Below, one piece after another: positions 53,264 through 63,133 of a stretch of DNA of 64,000 bases. How positions within the stretch are numbered: the stretch's first letter is position 1; every line of letters begins with the position of its first letter. The stretch is from contig CAZFLR010000007.1 of assembly GCA_964519385.1 (NCBI GenBank), positions 16,045 to 80,044 of the forward strand, written 5' to 3'. Source of the stretch: an uncultured Kineothrix sp. Its GTDB lineage: Bacteria > Bacillota > Clostridia > Lachnospirales > Lachnospiraceae. Under the pieces are notes generated by a model. The model searched no databases. It saw only the letters and a list, made by a program, of their open reading frames with translations, and was not told the origin of the DNA. The translations under genes were made by a program, and so were the position numbers.

Positions 53264-55264
53264 TTATTTTGCTAATTTATACTCTGCGTTGAATTTCTTA
53301 TCCGTTCTGACAATCAGTGCCACTACGATTGCCACCATAACAAGCACTGCAATCAGTCCTCCCACAAATCCTGCGCCGAACGCGCCTGTTGTGATAAGTG
53401 TTCCGATCTGGTATACCAAAAATCCAATTGTGTAACCTGTTCCGAGCTGAAGGGCGATACCTCCCCAGAGCCATTTCGCGCTCTGCATCTCTGAGTTCAT
53501 GGCACCGAGTGCTGCAAAACAAGGAGGTGCGAAAAGGTTAAACATAAGGTATGCAAGTGCTGCAACCTTAGTGATACCCATAACTGCTGCTACTTCATTA
53601 CCTGCTCCAACCAGTGCAAGTTCATCCGTATCGATAAAGTTCGTCAATGCGTAGCAGACTGCAATCGTACCAACTACATTTTCTTTTGCAATAAATCCTG
53701 TCACTGCTGCTGCTGCGAGCTGCCATGCTGCCACTCCTACAATCGGAACTAAAAGGACTGCAACCGGTGATGCGATGGAAGCCAGAATTGATGTGTTTTC
53801 CATTCCTTCTTCCACAACCTGTAACTGCCAGTTAAATGTCTGCATAATCTGTACCACCGCATTACATACCAGAATGACGGTACCGGCTTTGATGATATAT
53901 GCTTTACCACGTGAGAGCATGGAGAGGGTTGCTCTCTTTAAGCTGGGAATCTTATATTCCGGAAGCTCCATAATAAAGAATGATTTTCTGTATTTGTGTC
54001 CTGTAATTTTATTTACAAGCAATGCACCAAGGAGAATTAAAAGAATACCCACAAAGTACATTACCGTACCAATCCACGGTGCCTCCGAGAAGAAAGCTCC
54101 CACAAAAAGTGCAATTACCGGAAGTTTCGCGCCACACGGCATAAACGGTGTAAGCATTGCTGTCGCTCTGCGCTCTCTTTCGTTACGGATTGTACGGGCT
54201 GCCATAATTCCCGGAATCGCACAGCCTGTACCGATTACCATAGGAATAACGGACTTTCCTGAAAGACCTACTTTTTTGAAGATAGGATCAAGCACTACCG
54301 TCGCACGTGCCATATAACCGCAATCCTCCAACAGTGCAATGAGGAAATACATTACCATTACCAGCGGAAGGAATCCGACTACGGCTCCGACACCGCCGAT
54401 GATACCGTCAACAAGGAGAGACTGTAAAAACGGATTGGCATTTTCAACCAGCCCTGCAACCCATTCCTGGAAGATTTCAATCCAGCCTACAAGCCAGTCG
54501 GCAATCCATGTACCGAGTGTCGTCTGTGAAATGTAGAACACAAGGAACATCACAAATGCAAAAATCGGGATTCCGAGCCACGGATTAGTAAGCACCTTGT
54601 CGATGTTATCCTGCTTGTTAACATCCTTCGTGAGAACCTTACGCTGCTCAACCGTTTTTACAATATCGTTTACAAACGCAAAACGTTTTCTGTCTGCTGC
54701 CTCTACCGCAGCCTTATCATGAAGGTCAACGTTTCCCTGAGAATACGGAGCCTTCTGTCCTGCACCCTTTAAAGAAACCGCTTTTTCAACCAGGGCCTTA
54801 AGTCCGTTGTCTCCGGATACTGTGGAAACGGTAGATACGATAGGGCATCCAAGCTTTGAAGCCAGTGCATCCACATCAATCTTCGTCTCTTTCTTTTCAT
54901 TAATGTCGCTCTTATTGAGTGCAACCACCACCGGAATACCAAGCTCAAGAAGCTGGGTTGTAAAGAATAAGCTTCGGCTCAGGTTCGTTGCATCCACGAT
55001 ATTGATGATAACATCCGGATTTTCATTTTTTACATATCCGCTTGTGATGCTCTCCTCTGATGTAAACGGCGACATGGAATATGCACCCGGCAGATCGACT
55101 GCTATCAATTCCTGCGAGCCGTCATAGAAGCTCTTTCTGATCGGGCTTTCTTTCTTTTCGACGGTTACGCCGGCCCAGTTACCAACGCGCTCGTTTCTTC
55201 CTGTCAGCGCATTGTACATTGTTGTTTTTCCGCTGTTGGGATTACCCGTTAATGCGATTCTCAT
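53264..55264 (-). CDS. feoB: Ferrous iron transporter FeoB
   Basis: 666 aa. G-domain IALTGNPNSGKTT, DLPGAY, NKSD, then a polytopic membrane domain. Confidence 0.95.
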   Translation of the reverse strand: MRIALTGNPNSGKTTMYNALTGRNERVGNWAGVTVEKKESPIRKSFYDGSQELIAVDLPGAYSMSPFTSEESITSGYVKNENPDVIINIVDATNLSRSLFFTTQLLELGIPVVVALNKSDINEKKETKIDVDALASKLGCPIVSTVSTVSGDNGLKALVEKAVSLKGAGQKAPYSQGNVDLHDKAAVEAADRKRFAFVNDIVKTVEQRKVLTKDVNKQDNIDKVLTNPWLGIPIFAFVMFLVFYISQTTLGTWIADWLVGWIEIFQEWVAGLVENANPFLQSLLVDGIIGGVGAVVGFLPLVMVMYFLIALLEDCGYMARATVVLDPIFKKVGLSGKSVIPMVIGTGCAIPGIMAARTIRNERERRATAMLTPFMPCGAKLPVIALFVGAFFSEAPWIGTVMYFVGILLILLGALLVNKITGHKYRKSFFIMELPEYKIPSLKRATLSMLSRGKAYIIKAGTVILVCNAVVQIMQTFNWQLQVVEEGMENTSILASIASPVAVLLVPIVGVAAWQLAAAAVTGFIAKENVVGTIAVCYALTNFIDTDELALVGAGNEVAAVMGITKVAALAYLMFNLFAPPCFAALGAMNSEMQSAKWLWGGIALQLGTGYTIGFLVYQIGTLITTGAFGAGFVGGLIAVLVMVAIVVALIVRTDKKFNAEYKLAK

Positions 55265-55284
55265 AATTTTCCTCCTTTTTGAGC

Positions 55285-55300
55285 TCTAACACATGTTAGA
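55285..55300. promoter_or_regulatory. Palindrome TCTAACA-CA-TGTTAGA just upstream of the feoB RBS
   Basis: 7-bp arms. The same hexamers (GTTAGA/TCTAAC) recur in the feoA leader hairpin at 55641..55668. Confidence 0.35.
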
Positions 55301-55319
55301 CTCAACTAACTCACACTTA

Positions 55320-55346
55320 TAAAAAAAGTGATTATATAAAATCACT
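55320..55346 (-). terminator. Weak AT-rich terminator-like hairpin between feoA and feoB
   Basis: Minus strand AGTGATT-ttatat-AATCACT followed by TTTTTT. Confidence 0.35.
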
Positions 55347-55376
55347 ATTTTATTCTTATCTTATGTAAGACATTCA

Positions 55377-55592
55377 TCAAATAGAAATAGCTGAAGCTAA
55401 TTCATTATCAATATTATATCTTGCATCCTTTACAGAAATCACACATCCGCTCTTCAGATGTGAAACCACCGTAATCGGCTCCCCGCTATAGCAACCGAGA
55501 GAAAACAGAAAAGCATTCAGCTCTTCATCATCCGTCACAATATCTTTAATAATATATTCTTCGCCCGCATTTGCTTCTGTCAAATTCATCAT
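55377..55592 (-). CDS. feoA: FeoA-family protein
   Basis: 71 aa, SH3-like FeoA pattern (EEYIIKDI...GEPITVVSHLKSGCVISVKDARYNI). Confidence 0.85.
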   Translation of the reverse strand: MMNLTEANAGEEYIIKDIVTDDEELNAFLFSLGCYSGEPITVVSHLKSGCVISVKDARYNIDNELASAISI

Positions 55593-55640
55593 ATCAGCCT
55601 CTGTTTCAACTTAATCACATTTGGTGTTTTACGCCAAAAA

Positions 55641-55697
55641 CAAGAGTTAGAACTCTCTAACCGTCTTGAGTTTATTACAATTTCAAATATTTGTCAA
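55641..55697 (-). promoter_or_regulatory. feoA promoter candidate (TTGACA-N17-TAAACT) followed immediately by an 11-bp hairpin/palindrome and a U-run
   Basis: Minus strand TTGACA (55692..55697), TAAACT (55669..55674), then CAAGA-cg-GTTAGA-gagt-TCTAAC-TCTTG and TTTTT (55636..55668). Confidence 0.4.
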
Positions 55698-55781
55698 TAT
55701 GTTTTTTATTGATTTTTAAATATTTCACTTTTATAATTGATACTATGATTCTTTGTATCGAAAGGAGTTTGATATAACCAG

Positions 55782-56888
55782 ATGAAATATTGTATCGATA
55801 AAGAAGGCAGTCTGCCCGCGTATCATCAGCTTTACCGACAGATTAGAGAGGACATTCTTCAGAATGTATATCCGTTCGGCAGCAAATTGCCGTCCAAGAG
55901 GCTTCTGGCAGATGAAACAGGTGTCAGTCTTATTACCGTGGAACATGCCTACGCTTTGTTGTGCGAGGAGGGGTACACAGAGGCAAAAGAAAGAAGCGGT
56001 TATTTTGTCATTTTCCGCTCAAATGAGGGTTTTGCCGCAACAACAGAGACCAAAATCAGTCCTTCTCTCTCTCCTTCACTGTCTCCTGCCCCGGCAGAGG
56101 ATTCCCAAAGCCATACGTTTTCCTATTCACTGCTCGCAAGAACCATGCGCCGGGTTCTAACTGATTACGGGGACACTCTTTTGGAAAAATCCCCGAACGA
56201 GGGCTGTGTTGCTCTCCGGCAGGAAATTCGCAAATATCTTTTTCGAAGCCGCGGAATCAGCGCAGATATCTCTCAGATTATCATAGGCTCGGGTTCCGAA
56301 TATTTATATGGACTGATTGCCTCTCTGCTCGGAAGGGATTGTATCTATGCGATTGAATCGCCCTCTTATCATAAAATCCAGCAGGTTTATCGCGCATGCG
56401 GAGTCGCTATCGAAATGCTTCCCCTTGACCGGGACGGAATCGAAAGTCGCGCGCTTCAAAATACAAACGCGGACATTTTGCACATTACACCCTACCGGAG
56501 CTTCCCCAGCGGAGTCAGCGCATCTGCTTCCAAACGTCACGAATATCTGCGCTGGGCGCAAAGTGAGGGACGCTATATTATCGAGGATGACTACGAATCT
56601 GAATTTTCTGTTTCGCGAAAAGCGGAGGAAACTCTGTTTGCGCATGCAGACAAAAGCAACGTCATCTATATGAACAGTTTTTCGCAAACCATCTCACCTG
56701 CTCTGCGTGTAGCTTACATGGTACTCCCGAAGCATCTGACAGAAGAATTTGATAAAAAGCTGGGCTTCTATTCCTGCACGGTACCTACCTTTGAGCAATA
56801 TGTCCTCGCGCAGCTTCTGGCAAACGGCGACTTCGAGAGACATATAAACAGAGTACGACGCGAAAAAAGAAAGAAACAGCGGGCCTGA
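55782..56888 (+). CDS. MocR/GabR-type regulator (GntR wHTH plus aminotransferase-like domain), shortened and lacking the PLP lysine
   Basis: 368 aa. wHTH LPSKRLLADETGVSLITVEHAYALLCEEGY. AT-like domain with YMNSFSQTISPALRVAYMVLP where the family has ..FSK..PGLR..Y. Confidence 0.8.
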   Translation: MKYCIDKEGSLPAYHQLYRQIREDILQNVYPFGSKLPSKRLLADETGVSLITVEHAYALLCEEGYTEAKERSGYFVIFRSNEGFAATTETKISPSLSPSLSPAPAEDSQSHTFSYSLLARTMRRVLTDYGDTLLEKSPNEGCVALRQEIRKYLFRSRGISADISQIIIGSGSEYLYGLIASLLGRDCIYAIESPSYHKIQQVYRACGVAIEMLPLDRDGIESRALQNTNADILHITPYRSFPSGVSASASKRHEYLRWAQSEGRYIIEDDYESEFSVSRKAEETLFAHADKSNVIYMNSFSQTISPALRVAYMVLPKHLTEEFDKKLGFYSCTVPTFEQYVLAQLLANGDFERHINRVRREKRKKQRA

Positions 56889-56907
56889 ATGGCTCGCTGT
56901 TTCTTTC

Positions 56908-57618
56908 TTATGAAAGGACAGAATCTAATTTATCCTGTATTCTTTGTTTCACCATCTCTGCAATCTCAACCGTTTTCATTCCCTTAAATTCTTCATAAGG
57001 AATCGGCTCTAAAATATGTACCTGCGTTTTCACCGGTCCGAGATAGGAAATATCCATTGCCCTATATGTATCCACAATAACCATGGGTACGATCGGAGTA
57101 CGGGATTTGAGAGAAGCCTTAAAGCATCCCGGTTTGAAATCCCACAAGGTGTTCTTTTTCTCCCGGTCATATCCGCCCTCCGGAAAAATCATATACCTTC
57201 TGCCCTGCGCCACCTCTGCAGCTACATCGTTGATGACGGTCAGTGACTGGCGCAAATTGTCAAGCTCCATACGCTTTCCCCGCACCATATCAATCACTTC
57301 CCTGACGAACGGGAAATTGGAACGTTTTTTATCCATGACAACGCTGCAAGGAGTCTCATGTGCACACACGACCGCATAGCCGTCGTATTTTCCCTGGTGG
57401 TTGGAATACATAATATAACCGCCTTTCTCCGGCAGATTTTCCTGTCCGAATACCCGGGTTCTGATACGTCCGGTGCGGTTCATAATTCTGACAAGCTTTC
57501 TCAAATATTCGTATGCCCTTTTTTCATCAAAGGGCTCTGCATCCGCCAATTTGCGCATCACAGGCAGGATACGCAGAAGGCGGAAAAAGTTTTTGATTAT
57601 AATATAATAAAATCTCAA
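56908..57618 (-). CDS. plsC: 1-acyl-sn-glycerol-3-phosphate acyltransferase family
   Basis: NHQGKYD (HX4D) and IFPEGGY motifs. Confidence 0.8.
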   Translation of the reverse strand: MRFYYIIIKNFFRLLRILPVMRKLADAEPFDEKRAYEYLRKLVRIMNRTGRIRTRVFGQENLPEKGGYIMYSNHQGKYDGYAVVCAHETPCSVVMDKKRSNFPFVREVIDMVRGKRMELDNLRQSLTVINDVAAEVAQGRRYMIFPEGGYDREKKNTLWDFKPGCFKASLKSRTPIVPMVIVDTYRAMDISYLGPVKTQVHILEPIPYEEFKGMKTVEIAEMVKQRIQDKLDSVLS

Positions 57619-57665
57619 TGTGTTTCACTGCTTTCTTTTGCCGTACTGATTCCCTCTGTACGAAA

Positions 57666-58277
57666 TTACCACTGTGCTACATTTTCATCTGCAAGAACCA
57701 CTGCATAATCTCCATGGACGCTCATGAACTTTTCCATAAACAAAGGTAAAATGTCCATCTGTCCGAATGCCATTACCACATATTCCTCATTGACAGAATA
57801 TATTACATACCGGTCCGGTGCTCCGCACATCCAGTGGTTATTCAGAATATTATTTTTCATTGCCTCTGCAAACAGCTCTACATTCGCCGGATCTGTCACA
57901 TGAAATGCTGCTCCGGTGAACACATTCAGATTCATGGCATGCACAAGTGAAGCTGCCTCGTCAATCATAGGTGACATCTCTTCATTCACAAGCAATGTAG
58001 CAGCCAGCGCATCCTTCTCCTCCAGGTCAAAGATTCCCGGCGCGTTTTCCACGGAATGATTCACATCTCCGCCCAGACCATAAAACTTCTCATCCTCGCC
58101 ATAAGCTGCCCAGACATCATTCATAATGGAAAGTGCATCCATGTCTGTCGTTTCTTCTGTATTTTCATCCGACACATTCTCCTCAGTCATATTCTCCGCA
58201 TTGTCTTTTCCTGCACATGCCGAAAGGACAAATGCGAGCATAAGCATCGCCAATAAGATTATACTTCTTTTCTTCAT
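57666..58277 (-). CDS. Lipoprotein of unknown function
   Basis: Signal peptide with lipobox MLMLAFVLSAC. Confidence 0.75.
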   Translation of the reverse strand: MKKRSIILLAMLMLAFVLSACAGKDNAENMTEENVSDENTEETTDMDALSIMNDVWAAYGEDEKFYGLGGDVNHSVENAPGIFDLEEKDALAATLLVNEEMSPMIDEAASLVHAMNLNVFTGAAFHVTDPANVELFAEAMKNNILNNHWMCGAPDRYVIYSVNEEYVVMAFGQMDILPLFMEKFMSVHGDYAVVLADENVAQW

Positions 58278-58318
58278 AATTTATTCTCCTCTTAAATTAA
58301 CTCCTTCCCCGGGATTCC

Positions 58319-59719
58319 TTAGACTGCAAACAGTCCGAGTGCCTGCAAAAGCAGGAAGAAAAGCATCACCGGTACCACATATTTTACCATGACTATATAG
58401 AGTTTCTTTCTTCCGAATTTCACTCCGCCGCTTGTGACTTCATCCACGACAGTCTTAGGTTTTACAATCCAGCCGATAAGTATACATGTTGCAATTGCAA
58501 CTATCGGCATGAGCAGATAGTTACTCAGATAGTCAAGCACATCAAGAAGCTGTCCTACAGTTCCGTTCGGAAGTGTCAGCTCAAAGTACCAGGTATTATA
58601 TCCGAAGCAGACAGCCAGACCGATTATCAGTGCATATAAAGCGACCAGAACGGTACTCTTTTTTCTGCTGACATGAAATCTGTCCATGACACTCGAAACG
58701 ATTGCTTCCATAATGGAAACCGAAGATGTCAGGGCAGCAAATGCAACCATGACGAAAAATACCGCTCCGACAATCATCCCTACAAAGCCCATGCTTTCAA
58801 ACACCTTCGGCAGAGAAACAAACATGAGACTCGGACCTGCCGACATACCCTCCGTCCCCATAAAGGTGTAAACAGCAGGAACAATCATAAGTCCTGCAAG
58901 AAATGCCACAGCCGTATCAAAAATTTCAATCTGATTTACACTTTTTACAAGGTTCGTTTCCTTCTTTACATAAGAGCCATAGGTAATCATGATTCCCATT
59001 GCCACGCTGACTGAATAAAAAAGCTGTCCCATCGCATCCATTAGAATATGAATAAACTTCTTCCATGTCATTTCGCCAAAATCCGGAACAACGTAAACTA
59101 AAAATCCTTCGATACCTGTCCGCGTTACTCCGCCTGCATCTGTATGCTTCAGTGTCAGGGAAAAAACTGAAATTCCTATAATCATCACAAGAAGAATCGG
59201 CATAAGAATGGTAGAGAATTTTTCGATACCGTTTCCAACCCCTTTGTATACAACAAAGACTGTCAGCAGCAGATAAATCAAAAAGAAAATTACCGGCTCT
59301 GCATGTGCGCTGATAAAAGAGCCAAAATATCCGTTTTCCACTGCTGCCGATGCATTTCCCGTCACATAAACGGTCATATACTTTAATACCCATCCGCCGA
59401 TTACACAGTAATACGGAAGAATCATTGCCGGAACAATACACGCAATCACTCCCAGCCATCCCATCTTCGGATGAAGGGCTTTATATGCCGTCAAAGGACT
59501 TTGTCCCGTCTTACGTCCAATCGCAATCTCAGTTGTCAGCAGTGCGAAGCCAAAGGTCAGTGCAAGCACAAGGTAACACAGCAGAAACACCCCTCCGCCG
59601 TCCTTTGCCGCAAGGTATGGGAAACGCCATATGTTTCCGAGTCCGACTGCACTTCCGGCGGCTGCAAGAACAAATCCTATCGTTCCGCTGAAATTGCCCC
59701 TCTTTTGTTTATTTTCCAT
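58319..59719 (-). CDS. Sodium:neurotransmitter symporter (NSS/SNF) family transporter
   Basis: AAAGSAVGLGNIWRFPYLAAKDGGG. Start placed at the ATG of MENKQKRG, preceded by GGAGGAA. The longer track ORF would overlap fruK. Confidence 0.85.
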   Translation of the reverse strand: MENKQKRGNFSGTIGFVLAAAGSAVGLGNIWRFPYLAAKDGGGVFLLCYLVLALTFGFALLTTEIAIGRKTGQSPLTAYKALHPKMGWLGVIACIVPAMILPYYCVIGGWVLKYMTVYVTGNASAAVENGYFGSFISAHAEPVIFFLIYLLLTVFVVYKGVGNGIEKFSTILMPILLVMIIGISVFSLTLKHTDAGGVTRTGIEGFLVYVVPDFGEMTWKKFIHILMDAMGQLFYSVSVAMGIMITYGSYVKKETNLVKSVNQIEIFDTAVAFLAGLMIVPAVYTFMGTEGMSAGPSLMFVSLPKVFESMGFVGMIVGAVFFVMVAFAALTSSVSIMEAIVSSVMDRFHVSRKKSTVLVALYALIIGLAVCFGYNTWYFELTLPNGTVGQLLDVLDYLSNYLLMPIVAIATCILIGWIVKPKTVVDEVTSGGVKFGRKKLYIVMVKYVVPVMLFFLLLQALGLFAV

Positions 59720-59808
59720 ACCAGTTCCTCCAAATATCTTTTCGTGGTAAAACCACTCGTTTTTCAGAATAACATAATTTGTTTCCGGTGGCAACAAGGT
59801 TACCTTAT

Positions 59809-60714
59809 TCAAGCCATCCTTTTTAACAATGCCTCCACTTCCTCTGAACTCGCAAGCTGCTCAGAAAATGCGCTGGCACTTCCGGCGGCCAGTCCCTTGC
59901 GAAAAGCATACTCATAGTTCTTCGTTTCCAGATAACCTGCCACAAAGCCTGCCACCATGGAATCTCCTGCTCCGACAGAATTTATAACCCTGCCCTTTGG
60001 TGCCTTTCTAATATATTCATGTCCGTTCTCATCAACCAGCACGGCTCCTTCCCCCGCCATTGACACCAGTACATTCCTCGCTCCCATTTCCCGGAGCTTT
60101 ACCGCATAGGGAAGCACAGCCTCTCCCGTCATAAGCTCTTTTCCGAAAATTTCGCCAAGCTCCTGATTGTTCGGCTTAATCAAAAACGGCCGGTAAGCAA
60201 GTACATTCATCAGCAAATCCTTCGTGGCATCCACAACAATATCGACTCCTTTTCCCTGCAAATCCGCCATAATATCCATATAAATGGTCTCAGGCACAGA
60301 CTGCGGAATACTGCCTGCCAGAATCAAAATATCTCCCGCCTTTAAACAGCGGATTTTCTCCCGCAGCTTTTTCACTTCCTCTTCCGCTATCGCCGGTCCC
60401 CGTCCGTTAATCTCCGTTCCGTCACTGTCCCTGAATTTGATGTTAATACGGGATTCGCCGTCCGAAAGCATCTGAAAATCGGTCCGGATACCGTCCCTGT
60501 CCAATCTCCGCTTCAGTTCCTCCCCGACAAATCCGGCCAAAAATCCAAGTGCCGTACTCTCGAACCCCAGATGTCTTAGCACATAAGAGACATTAATCCC
60601 TTTGCCGCCCGCCAACATCTGCTCGTAGGATGTCCGGTTTGTCATGCCCGGTCTGAAATTGTCAACGCCGACTATATAATCCAGCGAAGGATTAAAGGTT
60701 ACTGTATATATCAT
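59809..60714 (-). CDS. fruK: 1-phosphofructokinase (PfkB family)
   Basis: MIYTVTFNPSLDY, AGGKGINVS, GAGDSMVAGF. Confidence 0.85.
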   Translation of the reverse strand: MIYTVTFNPSLDYIVGVDNFRPGMTNRTSYEQMLAGGKGINVSYVLRHLGFESTALGFLAGFVGEELKRRLDRDGIRTDFQMLSDGESRINIKFRDSDGTEINGRGPAIAEEEVKKLREKIRCLKAGDILILAGSIPQSVPETIYMDIMADLQGKGVDIVVDATKDLLMNVLAYRPFLIKPNNQELGEIFGKELMTGEAVLPYAVKLREMGARNVLVSMAGEGAVLVDENGHEYIRKAPKGRVINSVGAGDSMVAGFVAGYLETKNYEYAFRKGLAAGSASAFSEQLASSEEVEALLKRMA

Positions 60715-60847
60715 CTGCCATGCTCCTCTCTACCCGGCAATTTTATCACTCCCGCCCAATATAAACAAGTCACATAAAAAAACACCCATACACTCACTGT
60801 ATGGATGTCCTTTTAATTTGTTTATGTTTAATAATTAATTTTCCCCT

Positions 60848-60967
60848 TTACCTGCGCCCCTGGTAAAAACCGCATGTACACACACCGTCTTTCTTTTTCT
60901 CTCCTGTAATACAGCATTTATTTTTTTGCCAGTATATACAGGTTTTACAGGTTTCTTTTTTCTCCAT
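60848..60967 (-). CDS. Candidate 39-aa Cys-rich small protein (hand-called, unverified)
   Basis: MEKKETCKTCIYWQKNKCCITGEKKKDGVCTCGFYQGRR, with GAAGGAAGG 8 nt upstream of the ATG. Below the track's size cut-off. Confidence 0.3.
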   Translation of the reverse strand: MEKKETCKTCIYWQKNKCCITGEKKKDGVCTCGFYQGRR

Positions 60968-61075
60968 ATGCAAGCCTTCCTTCTGTTTTTCTTGGTCTTT
61001 TCCCATTCTTTCATAAGATGTTTTATGTTACAATCGGCATTACATTCTTATACATTTTTTTCGCATTTTTGACAC

Positions 61076-61100
61076 AAAAAAGGAACCTTACGGTTCCTTT
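61076..61100 (-). terminator. Rho-independent terminator after the LytTR regulator gene
   Basis: Minus strand AAAGGAACC-gtaa-GGTTCCTTTTTTGTG. Confidence 0.8.
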
Positions 61101-61116
61101 CCAAAATAGTTTCTCT

Positions 61117-61833
61117 TTACATGTTTTCCAGATGATCAAGAAATCCTTCTTTCGCTTTTTTATAACGGCTCCGGCTGACCGAAAGTTCTTTTCCGTTTCT
61201 CAAAATCACATTCATTGCTCCGAATTTTTGTATGTAATTTGCATTGACTGCAAAGCTTTGGTGAATACGCAGAAAACCATCAGGAAGCCGGGACATCATC
61301 TCTTCCAGTTTCATCCAGACATGCTGTTCCCCGTCATTCATATATAAAATCAGTTCATGTTTATTACTTTCCAGATAGATAATGTCACTCACTCTCACAT
61401 TGACAATTCCGCCCGCACACTGCAGCGACAAAACATCACTTTTTTCTGTTCGGATTTCCTCCATCAGCTTGTCAATGGTTTCATAAAGCTTGATTTTATT
61501 CACCGGTTTTACCAGAAATGCACTCGGTCTGGCCTCGAAAATATCTGTCGCATAATGCATAAAGCCTGTAAGAAAAATAATCTTTATCCTCGGGCACAAT
61601 GTCTGTAATTTGACCGACATCCTGATTCCGTCCGAATTTCCGTCATCATCCTCATCCCACCGGATATCCATAATCACAATATCCGGTATCTGTGTCTTTT
61701 TTGTTTTTAATTTTTCATAATAATCATTGATATCATCTGTTATATCAATTGTAATCCTCGAATACTTCTCCTGAACAGTCTCCTTTATCTCCCTGCAAAC
61801 CTGCAAATCATCATCACACACTAATATATGCAT
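61117..61833 (-). CDS. LytTR-family response regulator
   Basis: Receiver domain (MHILVCDDD, IVIMDIRW) and LytTR DNA-binding C-terminus. Confidence 0.85.
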   Translation of the reverse strand: MHILVCDDDLQVCREIKETVQEKYSRITIDITDDINDYYEKLKTKKTQIPDIVIMDIRWDEDDDGNSDGIRMSVKLQTLCPRIKIIFLTGFMHYATDIFEARPSAFLVKPVNKIKLYETIDKLMEEIRTEKSDVLSLQCAGGIVNVRVSDIIYLESNKHELILYMNDGEQHVWMKLEEMMSRLPDGFLRIHQSFAVNANYIQKFGAMNVILRNGKELSVSRSRYKKAKEGFLDHLENM

Positions 61834-61863
61834 TTCCCGTAATCATCCTTCTCGTATATATTT

Positions 61864-63123
61864 TCACACCTGCATTAGTGCAACCACACGCATCTTTCCG
61901 CCCTCATCATGATATGTAATACGTCCGTCGTGCATTTCTACAATATCACGTATAATTTTGCTTCCGATACCGTGATTCTTTTTATCCTTTTTGGTCGTCC
62001 TAAAGCCTTCCTCAACCGGCTTTCTTTCCGGGAGCTTACTGTTGCTCACGGTTAACTTCATATATCCCTGCTGTTTTTCCAGAGAAAGTGTCACTTCCTT
62101 TTCTTCCGTCTCTTTTGCCGCCTCAATGGCATTGTCCAGAAGATTGGCAAACAGGCTGACTAATTCATATTCCGTAATCGATGTCTCCCCGATGGCTCCG
62201 CCTTCTCTCTTAAATGCAATTCCTTCCTTTTCACACACAGAGGCCTTTTCGCGAATCAGGCAGTCAAGTACAGGAATGCCCGTCATGCTCCGGTTTGCCT
62301 TGTCAAGCTTCTTTAACAGTTCCTGTCCGCCTTCATCCTTTCGCATCTCCTCCATTACATTCATGTGATTGGCAATGTCATGACGAATGACCGATATTTC
62401 TTTCTCACGTTTTGACTGCTTCTCTGCCAGGTCCTGATAGAATGCAAACTGTTCGCGGAGCTGCTTTTCACTGCGGTTATTCTGGGCAATCGAAGAAATG
62501 ATAATATAAACTGCTGCCAGAAATGCAGCGGTAATAATTCTCCAGCCGCCGAACGCAACGGCTCCGATATCCAGCACACAGAAGATAATCAGTATAATTT
62601 TAAAATTCTTACGGCGATGTTTGTATACAAAGTCCCATACCACCTTTGCAACCAGCGCAATAATTAAGTACACAATCAGCACATAAAAATAGTTAAACCA
62701 TGTCGGTGCATTCATGAAGTCCGATGCTTTGGTCATATCAAACTTACAGACAATCATATATGCCGGAAATGTTAAAATCATACCGAAAATCTGATACACC
62801 CATTCCATCGCAAAGATATGGCAGAAATTATATAGTGCGTCTCCGATAAAGAAACGGCGCATGACAAAATAGACCGCCAGGCACATAACCAATAGTTCAA
62901 CTGCAAGCATAAGCTCATTTTTTTCCGCGCTGTAACCGAACAGGCTCCAAAAGGTATCATGTACTGCAAACAGCGTCAGCAGAAAAGCATAGTACCACTT
63001 TTTGCCGCCCCTCGGTTTAATATGCTTATATCCCATAAGAAGAACACTGACCGCCTGCATAATCCCGATATGCAGAAGATAAAAAATGAAAATAACTCCG
63101 TACTGATAGTATAAATCGTGCAT
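61864..63123 (-). CDS. AgrC/GHKL-type membrane sensor histidine kinase
   Basis: Multi-pass N-terminus, H-box VIRHDIANHM, N-box FANLLDNAIEA, G-box KNHGIGSKII. Confidence 0.85.
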   Translation of the reverse strand: MHDLYYQYGVIFIFYLLHIGIMQAVSVLLMGYKHIKPRGGKKWYYAFLLTLFAVHDTFWSLFGYSAEKNELMLAVELLVMCLAVYFVMRRFFIGDALYNFCHIFAMEWVYQIFGMILTFPAYMIVCKFDMTKASDFMNAPTWFNYFYVLIVYLIIALVAKVVWDFVYKHRRKNFKIILIIFCVLDIGAVAFGGWRIITAAFLAAVYIIISSIAQNNRSEKQLREQFAFYQDLAEKQSKREKEISVIRHDIANHMNVMEEMRKDEGGQELLKKLDKANRSMTGIPVLDCLIREKASVCEKEGIAFKREGGAIGETSITEYELVSLFANLLDNAIEAAKETEEKEVTLSLEKQQGYMKLTVSNSKLPERKPVEEGFRTTKKDKKNHGIGSKIIRDIVEMHDGRITYHDEGGKMRVVALMQV

Positions 63124-63133
63124 AATAACCCTC

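Noticed and set aside
53049-53435. 128-aa plus-strand ORF overlapping the end of feoB
   Set aside because: It is antisense to feoB and to the hand-called FeoB-associated Cys-rich gene, and its composition is low-complexity.
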